A stretch of DNA of 64,000 nt from Alphaproteobacteria bacterium (GTDB lineage: Bacteria; Pseudomonadota; Alphaproteobacteria; JAGOMX01), in assembly GCA_017993335.1 (NCBI GenBank), contig JAGOMX010000001.1, positions 4,863 through 68,862 on the forward strand, written 5' to 3'. This document shows positions 1-8,899 of the stretch, piece by piece. Positions within the stretch are counted from its first letter, which is position 1; each line of letters begins with the position of its first letter. Both the position numbers and the translations under genes were made by a program. Below the pieces are notes generated by a model. The model saw only the letters and a list, made by a program, of their open reading frames with translations. It did not search any database and had not been told where the DNA came from.

Positions 1-160
1 ACGGTAACTGGAATATCCGTATACTTTTTGTAAAACACGAAAGGCATCGGTTTGCATCATCAACCTAAAGAAAAATTATATAGATTTAAAGATGTACCAG
101 AAAACTATATAGAATCCTACCCACCCAAAAATATAAATTTGGGTGGATAGGCGTTTAAAC

Positions 161-1342
161 CTAGATCATTTCCACAGCCAAACTTAAACCTTCTCCACCA
201 CCAATGCAAATAGCCGCAACACCTTTTTTTCCTCCCGTGCGTTGTAAAGCATGCAAAAGAGTTGTTAAAATTCTGGCGCCACTTCCGCCAATAGGATGAC
301 CCAAAGCACAAGCACCACCGTGTATATTCACTTTATTGTGATCTAAATTTAAATCTTTCATCGCCGCCATCGTAACCACAGCAAAAGCTTCATTGATCTC
401 GAAGAGATCCACATCTTCAGCTTTCCACCCTGTCTTGTGGAAAAGTTTTTCAATCGCTTTAATGGGGGCCAACGTAAACCATTCTGGTTCACGAGAATGA
501 GAGGCTTGCGCAACAATCCTTGCCATAGGCGTTAATCCTAGCTCCGCTGCCTTAGATGCGGTCATCAGCATTAATGCGGCAGCCCCGTCTGTCAGTGGGC
601 TAGAGTTTGCCGCTGTAACAGTTCCTCCCTCACGAAAGGCGGATTTAAGAGATTTCATTTTTTCAAAGTTCAGTTTACCCAGTTGCTCATCTTCGTTTAC
701 GACGATATCTTGCCCTCTTTCTTTATAAGTAACGGGCGCTATTTCATTGTGAAAATATCCACTTTTTGTTGCCGCAATAGCTCTTTTTCCTGAGGTCGTG
801 GCAAACTCATCTTGGTCCTCCCGAGAAAAATTATACCGTAGAGCCGTATCTTCCGCGAAAGTACCCATCGCGCGTTTGTGATAGGGGTCTTCTAACCCAT
901 CCATAAGCGTATGATCGATAATGACGTCATGCCCATATCTATAACCAGATCGACCTTTCATTAAAAGATAAGGCCCCATGGTCATATTCTCCATACCACC
1001 AGCAACAACGATTTGAGAGTGTCCCATCGCTATTTGATCCGCCGCCAACATAACGGCTTTCAAGCCAGAACCACAAACTTTATTTATCGTTGAACAATAA
1101 ACCTTATCCGGTAATCCAGAACGGATACTCGCTTGCCGCGCCGGCGCTTGACCGAGCCCTGCCGGCAGAACACATCCCATAATAACTTCATCTACACTGG
1201 TTTTTTCCACACCTGTTGTTTGAATCACAGCATCAATTACACACGCCCCTAAATCAATAGTGGATACGCTCTTATACACCCCTTGAAAAGACCCCATAGG
1301 CGTACGCTTTGCCGCCACTATTACTACATCTTGATTCGTCAT
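161..1342 (-). CDS. acetyl-CoA acetyltransferase (thiolase II family)
   Basis: 393 aa ORF. Thiolase signatures include VCGSGLKA (active-site Cys region) and a C-terminal NIHGGACALGHPIGGSGARIL...ICIGGGEG motif set. Confidence 0.9.
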   Translation of the reverse strand: MTNQDVVIVAAKRTPMGSFQGVYKSVSTIDLGACVIDAVIQTTGVEKTSVDEVIMGCVLPAGLGQAPARQASIRSGLPDKVYCSTINKVCGSGLKAVMLAADQIAMGHSQIVVAGGMENMTMGPYLLMKGRSGYRYGHDVIIDHTLMDGLEDPYHKRAMGTFAEDTALRYNFSREDQDEFATTSGKRAIAATKSGYFHNEIAPVTYKERGQDIVVNEDEQLGKLNFEKMKSLKSAFREGGTVTAANSSPLTDGAAALMLMTASKAAELGLTPMARIVAQASHSREPEWFTLAPIKAIEKLFHKTGWKAEDVDLFEINEAFAVVTMAAMKDLNLDHNKVNIHGGACALGHPIGGSGARILTTLLHALQRTGGKKGVAAICIGGGEGLSLAVEMI

Positions 1343-1453
1343 GGTAGAAATCCTTTTTGTTTCTTGTTCTCGTTCTAGACTAAATCTTATTGGCTATTTT
1401 TGTAAGACAAAAAAGGAAGATTTGATGTGATTCTTATGAAACCATAAGAAAGT

Positions 1454-1496
1454 AAGTTATCTCTTTTACAAACCGAGTGGGTAAGCTGGATTTTCA
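1454..1496. repeat. 43-bp direct repeat copy 1 (aagttatctcttttacaaaccgagtgggtaagctggattttca)
   Basis: Near-identical copy at 4583..4625 (1 mismatch). The two copies bracket the 1953..4420 two-gene segment. Confidence 0.7.
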
Positions 1497-1952
1497 CCTG
1501 ACTTCTGCCATTTAGTGTAATAAATAATTCAGCCACAAAAACCGAAGAAGAAATTCAGAACGTAAGGAATGTTTTGTTCTTTCGTTTGTATTCGGGGGGC
1601 TATACCCTAAACCCGAATCTAAATCCATTAAGGGGAAAAAGCTATGGGAACAGGTTTTTGGACGTTACCTTGTGACTGGTTTCTGTGATATAGGGGTAGC
1701 CTGAATTTCCGCTGCTCGGGTGCGCCAGAAAACCCTGGTTTAGAAACAATTTTTCTAACTGCCACTCTGGTGAAACGATCTACAGTCACGAAGAAGCAAA
1801 CAAAGAGTGAGTGCGTGATCGTCTGATTAATAATAAATTAAGTGAAAAACAAGTGAAGAAATACTTGACTTATCGAAATAATATAAATATATAGTAAATT
1901 GAGTCCACACTACAGTGGCTTATTGTTATTTATTCATATTGGAGTATTAGTT

Positions 1953-2789
1953 ATGAACATTAAAAAGTTTACTGCAAAATCCCTAACCTTATGTGCTTCC
2001 TTATTATTAGCAGGAAACATATCTTCCTCAGTCGCAAGTGATTCTATTGATGAGGTAAACAGAATACCTCCTAGTGTTGCCTTTATGAAGCAACAAGCCC
2101 TAGCAAAGCAAGAAGTCCTTCTAACAAAGATCCATTCGTGGGGTGAAAGTGCAGACCCTGCATCTTGCTTGCTCGATTTTCAAGAACAACTCAAAGAATT
2201 AGTAAATATTCATACAAAGCTTGGGCCAATGCTAAATGAAATACAGATGGAGGCTTTTGTAGATGAAATTAATTCAATCAAACCTTGGAATGGATTTGAG
2301 GGTACATTTGATTTCGATAAACTAGACAGAAACATTAAAGCTATGATTGTTAGCTGGATGGACCCAAAAACTCTACTAAGCTTTTCTCTCACATGTAGAC
2401 AAGCATACGAACAGTTTGAAAAAGCAGCTATTCCTTCGCAAATATTTGCTGTAAGAGCTGTTGACGAGAAATTCAACTCTTTAATCCACCAGTTAATCAC
2501 TGTTGGTAAAACATTGTCAACCAGGGGTATGTTTACATATAATATGTCAAATGGCGCCGCCCCTAACTCCAGCTCACTCATATTAAATACATCCTACAAT
2601 ATGGCTACATTTGAGCTATTTCTTGAAAAAGAGGTACTTAATATGAAAGAAAGAAAGAAAGCATATCTGATGGCCATCGAACTATATCCTCAAATTAGAA
2701 TAGCATTAAATCTCATAAAAGAGAGTGGCTCCAGAGAATCTTCTTATTGGAATTCATATTTTAACTGTTTAGGTACGTCTAACACCTAA
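1953..2789 (+). CDS. hypothetical secreted protein (N-terminal signal peptide)
   Basis: ATG at 1953 preceded by GGAG at 1941. N-terminus MNIKKFTAKSLTLCASLLLAGNISSSVASD is signal-peptide-like. No recognisable domain. The ORF-track start at 1899 is probably too far upstream. Confidence 0.55.
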   Translation: MNIKKFTAKSLTLCASLLLAGNISSSVASDSIDEVNRIPPSVAFMKQQALAKQEVLLTKIHSWGESADPASCLLDFQEQLKELVNIHTKLGPMLNEIQMEAFVDEINSIKPWNGFEGTFDFDKLDRNIKAMIVSWMDPKTLLSFSLTCRQAYEQFEKAAIPSQIFAVRAVDEKFNSLIHQLITVGKTLSTRGMFTYNMSNGAAPNSSSLILNTSYNMATFELFLEKEVLNMKERKKAYLMAIELYPQIRIALNLIKESGSRESSYWNSYFNCLGTSNT

Positions 2790-2814
2790 ATTCTTTGCAG
2801 AATAGTTTAAATAA

Positions 2815-2847
2815 AACCTGGCCCGTATTCATGAGCCAGGTTTTATT
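2815..2847. terminator. rho-independent terminator (bidirectional candidate) between convergent genes
   Basis: Stem aacctggc / gccaggtt with a 12-nt loop, followed by TTTTATT on the + strand and a T-rich tract on the minus strand. Confidence 0.5.
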
Positions 2848-2929
2848 AGATGCTTCATGTGCATGCAATAGGAGCTCCCCAAATGCGAAAAATTCCTAAA
2901 TCATGAGTTTTTAGAATTAGGAGTAAGAT

Positions 2930-4420
2930 CTAACTAAACAGGTCCCCCAGTGTGATTTCGTTGGTTACCAGAGCGGCTGAGTAATCATTGACATTTAAGC
3001 CTTCGGGGGTGATTAACGTCACATAAATTGGCTTATTGGTCTTGCTGTGTGCCTGATACAGGGAGATTTTGCGTTGGATTTCTTCAGTAATCTTCCTAGT
3101 GAGAGTGAATTTCCCCTGATGAAACTTCATTTCGCATAAATTTATAAGTCCATCCGCTCGGTCAATGAGTAAGTCAATTTGACATCCCTCAGCGCCCTCT
3201 CCACCTTTCTCTTTTTTGGGAATCTCTCGCCAACTGCCGATTTCACTCGAAATAACGGAGATGCCCAGAGCGCTCTTAATCTGTTCAATGTGCTTGAGAC
3301 ATACAGATTCAAAGGCATATCCTGACCAACTTCTCCAGGACTGGGATTGCATTTTACTTTCCCAATAGGATTCATTTTTTAGGGTTGAGGAAAGCCGTTT
3401 AGCCACGGGTTCTATCCATCTTAAATAAAATAGAACATATTCGTCGATTACTCGAAAGAAGGTCCCCTTGTTCAGATTCCCATAGGGCGTGAAACTTAAA
3501 ATAAACCCAGCTTCCTCTAGTTCACCCAGTCGTTTTTTAAACATGCCACCGGAAGAGGAAAGGGAGGCTGCTTTTAAAATCTCATCTCTGGAGATTCCCT
3601 GGCGTGCACGTGAAATTATTCGAATTAGCTCGTTATGAGCTTCAGAAGAATCAAAAAGGGATGAGAATAGCGTTTCAAATTCTTGAAAAAGAAACCCGTC
3701 TTTCTGAAAACACAACCTGTTTAAGCTTTGAGCAACGGAGAATCCAGGAAGGATACCATTCAGGTAATGGGGAATTCCTCCGATGGCCATATAAAGCTCC
3801 ACGACTTGGCGCTTATTGTATTTAACGCCTTTATGTACCAAGTAATCTTGCGCCTCTTTGAGAGTAAAGGGCCTCAACGGCATTATGGCCGTCAATCGAT
3901 TATGCAGCCCTCCTTTGGCGTGAATGAGTGTGTCAATCATCCAAGAGGCTGCCGATCCACAGACAATTAATTTCAGAAATGGCAGGGTTGACCATCTTGT
4001 ATTCCAGTAATAATCAAGAGCCTGGATAAATCCTGACTTCGGCGTTGAAAACCATGGGATCTCGTCTATGAAAATGATGAACTTTTTGGATGATTTCGCT
4101 TCCGAAGCCGTTTTTTCAACAGCCTTCGTTAATAATTTAAAGGCATCCAACCAGGTGTGAGGAGTCTGTAGAGGCGTTCCTTCATAAAAAACCTCAGATA
4201 TCCGCTCTGTGAATAACATAAGTTGCTGGGGAAAACTTCCATCTTTCAGGCCCGTTGCTTCAAAATAGACACATTCCTGCCGCATAAAAAAATTACGGAC
4301 GAGAAAGGTTTTTCCCACACGGCGCCGCCCATAAACAGCAACAAACTCAGCCGAAGGACTCTTAAAAAGCCGCTTTAGGGTAGCTTGTTCTTCCCTTCTG
4401 CCAATGATTAAATCTGTCAT
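2930..4420 (-). CDS. AAA+ ATPase of the Arch_ATPase (PF01637) / DUF234 family
   Basis: 496 aa. N-terminus IIGRREEQATLKRLF...EFVAVYGRRRVGKTFLV is the hallmark start and Walker A of the ATPase_2/DUF234 family. A Walker B-like FIIFIDEIPW follows. Confidence 0.8.
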   Translation of the reverse strand: MTDLIIGRREEQATLKRLFKSPSAEFVAVYGRRRVGKTFLVRNFFMRQECVYFEATGLKDGSFPQQLMLFTERISEVFYEGTPLQTPHTWLDAFKLLTKAVEKTASEAKSSKKFIIFIDEIPWFSTPKSGFIQALDYYWNTRWSTLPFLKLIVCGSAASWMIDTLIHAKGGLHNRLTAIMPLRPFTLKEAQDYLVHKGVKYNKRQVVELYMAIGGIPHYLNGILPGFSVAQSLNRLCFQKDGFLFQEFETLFSSLFDSSEAHNELIRIISRARQGISRDEILKAASLSSSGGMFKKRLGELEEAGFILSFTPYGNLNKGTFFRVIDEYVLFYLRWIEPVAKRLSSTLKNESYWESKMQSQSWRSWSGYAFESVCLKHIEQIKSALGISVISSEIGSWREIPKKEKGGEGAEGCQIDLLIDRADGLINLCEMKFHQGKFTLTRKITEEIQRKISLYQAHSKTNKPIYVTLITPEGLNVNDYSAALVTNEITLGDLFS

Positions 4421-4448
4421 GCCAAGAACTTTCCGCTAGATATGGGGG

Positions 4449-4506
4449 AATCATACTCAGCGAAATCATGTTTGTAAAGATGGATTTCGCTGAGTATGAT
4501 TTTTTT
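4449..4506 (+). terminator. strong hairpin (19-bp perfect stem) followed by T7 run; orphan terminator-like structure
   Basis: aatcatactcagcgaaatc ... gatttcgctgagtatgatt followed by ttttttt. No + strand gene lies upstream. Sits in the origin-proximal intergenic region. Confidence 0.4.
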
Positions 4507-4582
4507 GGTGGCAGAATTGATTTTATTGGGTCTCAAAAACTATTCTACTAAAACTTCAAAAAAGGGCACAAGTCAGGAAATT

Positions 4583-4625
4583 AAGTTAGCTCTTTTACAA
4601 ACCGAGTGGGTAAGCTGGATTTTCA
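4583..4625. repeat. 43-bp direct repeat copy 2
   Basis: Matches 1454..1496 with one mismatch (t/g). Confidence 0.7.
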
Positions 4626-4704
4626 GTGAGTATTTATGGCTATAAAGTGTGGGAATCTTCCTATGCTAAAACATATTTGTACTTTATAGCCATAAATACT
4701 CACT
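4625..4704. repeat. perfect 24-bp inverted repeat pair separated by 32 bp
   Basis: agtgagtatttatggctataaagt (4625..4648) and actttatagccataaatactcact (4681..4704). Immediately abuts direct-repeat copy 2. Confidence 0.7.
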
Positions 4705-4719
4705 TTTATATAAACCAAA

Positions 4720-5095
4720 TATGCTCCTGTGGATAACTGGCTTAAGAAAATGTATAACTGACCGCCTTGAACTTATTTTCCCTTATTCATATTTTTACCC
4801 CTCTCTTTTCGATAGGTTATCCACAACTTTTAACATGTGGATAAAAGATGAATCATTTTTTTTATGCGTAAAATATAAATTATTTATACACAACCCATTT
4901 GTTTCCGAAACTGGCTTTTAAATTGCTTTTTAGGGGATTTCTTAATGAATTAATTGATTTATCTACAGCTGTGGATAAAATTGTGATTATTCAAATAGAC
5001 TTGCTCTGCCCTTGTGAATTAGCTATATCAACAGGTACTACTACTATAACTATCTTTTTATATATATATAATAATAGATATAAGGCTTGGGATAA
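4720..5095. other. candidate chromosomal replication origin (oriC/Cori) with four DnaA boxes
   Basis: Perfect TTATCCACA/TGTGGATAA boxes at 4728..4736, 4817..4825, 4836..4844 and 4970..4978. AT-rich tract tatatatatataataatagatat at ~5058..5080. Lies immediately upstream of hemE, the conserved alphaproteobacterial origin linkage. Confidence 0.55.
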
Positions 5096-6130
5096 ATGTC
5101 TGACCAACCGATTTTAAGAGTTTTAAATGGCGAGAGATTAAAAAAACCTCCGTGTTGGTTTATGCGTCAAGCTGGAAGATACTTACCTGAGTATCGAAAA
5201 ACACGTAGCCAGTTTAAATATTTTAAGGATTTCCTTTTTTCAACTCCGGATATTGTTGATGTAACTTTACAACCGTTAAGACGTTTTGATTTAGATGCGG
5301 CTATAATCTTTTCCGATATCCTCGTCGTTCCAATGATTTTAGGTGAAGATGTGGATGTTGTAGAAAGCAAAGGACCTCAACTTTCCAAAATTAATACACC
5401 TGAAGACATTCAGAGACTTTTCTTAAAAGGACATTTTGAAAAGTGTTTACCTATTTATGAAGCGATAAACAAAGTACGATCTCAATTGGAAAAAAATAAG
5501 TCTCTCATCGGCTTTGCTGGCGGCCCATGGACAGTAGCATCTTATATGATCGAAGGGCAAACTAGCAAAACCTTTGCGAAAACAAAAAATTTCGGGTACC
5601 AGTGGCCAGAAGCCTTCCAGAATTTATTAAATATAATCAGTGATATAACAGCAGATCATTTAATCAATCAGATAGATGCAGGTGCAGATCTCATCAAGAT
5701 TTTTGATAGCTGGGCAGGATCTATACCCTATAACCGACAAAATGAATGGCTCGTACAACCTCATAAAAGGCTCGTGGAGCGTGTAAATCTCTCTAAACCA
5801 CACATCCCTATCATTTCTTTTAATAAGGGCTTAGAAACCTCTTATAACACTTATATAGAAAATGTACCCGTTAAAGGTGTGGCAATGGGATCTCCAACGA
5901 ATATAGAATGGGCAGCAAAGAATATTTCTTCACATGTAGCCTTACAGGGTGCCATGGATCCACAATTATTAGTCGTTGGTGGAAAATCAATGATATGTGA
6001 TATTGAAAAGCACTTAATTACTTTTAAAGACAGACCTTATATTTTTAATTTAGGCCACGGTATCGTGCCGGAAACCCCCTTTGAAAATGTTAAAATAGCC
6101 TTAGATACAATAGATAGGATGTGTGCGTGA
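5096..6130 (+). CDS. hemE: uroporphyrinogen decarboxylase
   Basis: 344 aa. N-terminal PPCWFMRQAGRYLPEYR motif typical of HemE. Confidence 0.9.
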   Translation: MSDQPILRVLNGERLKKPPCWFMRQAGRYLPEYRKTRSQFKYFKDFLFSTPDIVDVTLQPLRRFDLDAAIIFSDILVVPMILGEDVDVVESKGPQLSKINTPEDIQRLFLKGHFEKCLPIYEAINKVRSQLEKNKSLIGFAGGPWTVASYMIEGQTSKTFAKTKNFGYQWPEAFQNLLNIISDITADHLINQIDAGADLIKIFDSWAGSIPYNRQNEWLVQPHKRLVERVNLSKPHIPIISFNKGLETSYNTYIENVPVKGVAMGSPTNIEWAAKNISSHVALQGAMDPQLLVVGGKSMICDIEKHLITFKDRPYIFNLGHGIVPETPFENVKIALDTIDRMCA

Positions 6131-7122
6131 AAGCGGTCGTAATTTTTAACCTAGGTGGCCCAGATAAATTAGATAATGTTAAACCTTTTTTGTTTAACCT
6201 CTTTAATGACCCTGCCATTCTATCCATCCCTCAGCCTTTTCGATATTTATTAGCTAAACTTGTGAGTTCTCGGCGAAATAAAAAGGCACAAGGTATATAT
6301 AGTTATTTAGGGGGTAGATCCCCTATCTATCCCGAAACACAAAATCAAGCCGATGCTTTGCAAAAAAAGCTTGGCTCTTCTTATAAAGTTTTTATCTGTA
6401 TGCGATATTGGCATCCGATGATGGAGGACGTCATCGAGGATGTGCTGGCTAGCAATCCTGAAGAAATTATACTTCTTCCCCTTTATCCGCACTATTCTTT
6501 TAGTACCACAGGTTCTTTTTTTGAGGCCTGGAAAAATTGTATGCGAGAGAAAAAAATTGATGTACCGGTAAAAAAAATATGCTGTTATCCTCACGAGAAT
6601 AATTTTATTCAAAGCTGTCGAGAGGTTATCTCTAAAACAGTAAAGGAATGCTCTATACCGCCTCAAGCGCGTTTTCTTTTTTCAGCCCATGGATTGCCCC
6701 AGAAAAATATAATCAATGGCGATCCTTATGAAGAGCAGATCCATATAACCGTCAATCATATATTAAAAGATTTTCCGTCTATCCAAGATCATGTGATTTG
6801 CTTTCAAAGTAAAGTAGGGCCTTTAAAATGGTTGGAGCCCTCAACAGAACAAGAGATTAAAAGAGCTAGCGAAGACGGTGTTCCCGTCGTGATTGTCCCC
6901 ATAAGCTTTGTTTCGGAAAATTCAGAGACTCTCTACGAGTTGGATTATGAATATAAAACTTATGCAGAATCTCTTGGCATAAATCAGTATTACAGAATTC
7001 CCACATTAGGTTATAATACGCATTATATTGAATCCTTGGCGAGTATGGTTTTGAGTGATTATAAAGCTTTATGTGGTGCAGATAGATGCCAGAAAATTTT
7101 TTTACAACAAAAGGCCGCATAA
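6127..7122 (+). CDS. hemH: ferrochelatase
   Basis: Begins (M)KAVVIFNLGGPD, typical ferrochelatase N-terminus. GTG at 6127 with AGGA 7 nt upstream overlaps the hemE stop (GTGA). Alternative GTG at 6121. Confidence 0.85.
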   Translation: MKAVVIFNLGGPDKLDNVKPFLFNLFNDPAILSIPQPFRYLLAKLVSSRRNKKAQGIYSYLGGRSPIYPETQNQADALQKKLGSSYKVFICMRYWHPMMEDVIEDVLASNPEEIILLPLYPHYSFSTTGSFFEAWKNCMREKKIDVPVKKICCYPHENNFIQSCREVISKTVKECSIPPQARFLFSAHGLPQKNIINGDPYEEQIHITVNHILKDFPSIQDHVICFQSKVGPLKWLEPSTEQEIKRASEDGVPVVIVPISFVSENSETLYELDYEYKTYAESLGINQYYRIPTLGYNTHYIESLASMVLSDYKALCGADRCQKIFLQQKAA

Positions 7123-7125
7123 TCT

Positions 7126-7572
7126 ATGGAAATATTTATACCTTACTATGCTTGGATAAAATCTTTTCATATAATTAGCATAATATGCTGGATGGCTGCG
7201 ATGTTTTATTTGCCTCGCCTTTATGTATATCACAGCCAGACAAAACCCCATACGGAAGCCTCAGATCTTTATACGATTATGGAGTCTAAATTAATTCGAA
7301 TTATCATGACGCCAGCGATGATTTCCAGCTATATTTTTGGCATAATGCTTTTACTTATACCGGGTGTCGTTCAATGGTCTGCGGGTTGGATTCATATAAA
7401 ACTTGCTATGGTATTTGTTATGACAGGGTTGCATGGCTTATTTGTTTCTTGGCATAAAAAATTCATCCAGGAAAAGAGAGATTTATCTCATGTGTATTTT
7501 AGGGTTGCAAATGAGATTCCTGTCGTTATAATGGTCGTTATTGTGATTATGGTTGTTGTTAAGCCTTTTTAA
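7126..7572 (+). CDS. hemJ: HemJ-family protoporphyrinogen IX oxidase (UPF0093 membrane protein)
   Basis: 148 aa four-TM protein. [27 protein letters not shown] matches the HemJ conserved N-terminal region. Clustered with hemE and hemH. Confidence 0.75.
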   Translation: MEIFIPYYAWIKSFHIISIICWMAAMFYLPRLYVYHSQTKPHTEASDLYTIMESKLIRIIMTPAMISSYIFGIMLLLIPGVVQWSAGWIHIKLAMVFVMTGLHGLFVSWHKKFIQEKRDLSHVYFRVANEIPVVIMVVIVIMVVVKPF

Positions 7573-7621
7573 GACATCCATAAATCTTTTTCCCTCAACT
7601 TTCCAATCGGTAAATTATATC

Positions 7622-8878
7622 ATGAATATTCGAGATTTAAAAAAGAAAGCCCCGGCTGAGCTATTGCGTATGGCTGAAGAATTAGAAATAGAAAATGCCA
7701 GTACTTTACGTACGCAGGATATAATCTATGGCATATTACGTAAATCTGCTGAACAAGACGTCGCTATTTTTGGACAAGGCATTTTGGAAATTCTGCAGGA
7801 TGGCTTTGGTTTTTTAAGGTCACCTGAGGCAAATTATTTACCCGGGCCAGACGATATTTATGTTTCTCCAAGTCAAATACGCCGCTTTGGTCTGAGGACT
7901 GGCGATACAGTGGAAGGTCAAATTCGTTCTCCAAAAGAAGGGGAAAGATACTTTGCTCTATTAAAAGTTAACACCATCAATTTTGAGCCGCCAGAAAATG
8001 TTAAGAACAGGATCAACTTTGACAACCTTACACCTCTGTATCCTGACGAGAGAATACATTTAGAGTCCAAAGAGCCTACGGATAAAGATCTTACACGTCG
8101 TGTAATTGATATTATATCTCCATTAGGTAAAGGACAGCGCGCTCTTATTACCGCACCACCCCGGACCGGTAAGACAGTTATGTTGCAAAACATAGCTCAT
8201 GCCATTACAGAAAATCATCCGGAAGTCTTCTTAATTGTCTTGCTTATTGATGAGCGGCCCGAAGAAGTTACCGACATGCAACGTTCTGTTAAGGGTGAGG
8301 TCGTTAGCTCCACGTTCGATGAACCAGCCAATAGACATATTCAAGTAGCTGAAATGGTTATAGAAAAAGCTAAGCGGTTGGTGGAATATAAAAGAGATGT
8401 CGTTATTTTGCTTGATTCTATAACGCGTCTTGCCAGAGCTTACAACACCGTAATTCCATCCTCGGGTAAGGTATTAACTGGTGGTGTGGATGCCAACGCC
8501 TTACAACGCCCGAAAAGATTTTTTGGTGCGGCGCGTAATATAGAAGAAGGTGGCTCCTTAACGATTATCGCAACCGCTTTGGTTGATACTGGATCACGTA
8601 TGGATGAAGTCATTTTCGAAGAATTTAAAGGTACGGGTAACAGCGAAATTATTCTGGATCGTAAACTGTCAGATAAAAGGGTTTTCCCGGCTATTGATAT
8701 TACTAAATCAGGTACGCGTAAGGAAGATTTGTTGTTAGATAAAAATGAGCTTTCTAAAACATGGGTTCTTCGTCGTATTTTAGACCCTATGGGACCCAAT
8801 GACGGTATGGAGTTTTTAGTAGAAAAACTTCGTACCACCAAAAGCAACGAAGAATTTTATTTTTCTATGAATACGTAA
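7622..8878 (+). CDS. rho: transcription termination factor Rho
   Basis: N-terminal [27 protein letters not shown] (Rho N-terminal domain). Walker A PPRTGKT. C-terminal RecA-like region. Confidence 0.9.
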   Translation: MNIRDLKKKAPAELLRMAEELEIENASTLRTQDIIYGILRKSAEQDVAIFGQGILEILQDGFGFLRSPEANYLPGPDDIYVSPSQIRRFGLRTGDTVEGQIRSPKEGERYFALLKVNTINFEPPENVKNRINFDNLTPLYPDERIHLESKEPTDKDLTRRVIDIISPLGKGQRALITAPPRTGKTVMLQNIAHAITENHPEVFLIVLLIDERPEEVTDMQRSVKGEVVSSTFDEPANRHIQVAEMVIEKAKRLVEYKRDVVILLDSITRLARAYNTVIPSSGKVLTGGVDANALQRPKRFFGAARNIEEGGSLTIIATALVDTGSRMDEVIFEEFKGTGNSEIILDRKLSDKRVFPAIDITKSGTRKEDLLLDKNELSKTWVLRRILDPMGPNDGMEFLVEKLRTTKSNEEFYFSMNT

Positions 8879-8894
8879 TGTTTCACGTGAAACA
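8879..8894. promoter_or_regulatory. parS: parS centromere-like site (TGTTTCACGTGAAACA)
   Basis: Perfect 16-bp palindrome identical to the canonical ParB-binding parS consensus. Lies between the rho stop and the rsmG start, upstream of parAB. Confidence 0.75.
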
Positions 8895-8899
8895 AATTG

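Noticed and set aside
117-311. 64-aa ORF on the minus strand at the 3' end of the thiolase gene
   Set aside because: Different frame of the same strand, overlapping a well-supported thiolase CDS; Cys/Trp/Arg-rich, low-complexity translation typical of an out-of-frame artefact.
1540-1800. Tested whether the long intergenic region encodes tmRNA, RNase P RNA, SRP RNA or a cobalamin riboswitch
   Set aside because: None of the hallmark motifs is present in the right order (tmRNA tag frame GCAAACGAC..., RNase P GGAAAGTCCGG, SRP AGGAAGCAGCC, B12 box after a GGTGAAA element). A GCCACT and a GGTGAAAC are present, but inverted relative to a riboswitch.
4721-5117. Two small + strand ORFs (66 and 72 aa) in the hemE upstream region
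   Set aside because: AT-rich, low-complexity translations lying over the DnaA-box cluster; no RBS and no homology-like features. Interpreted as origin DNA, not genes.
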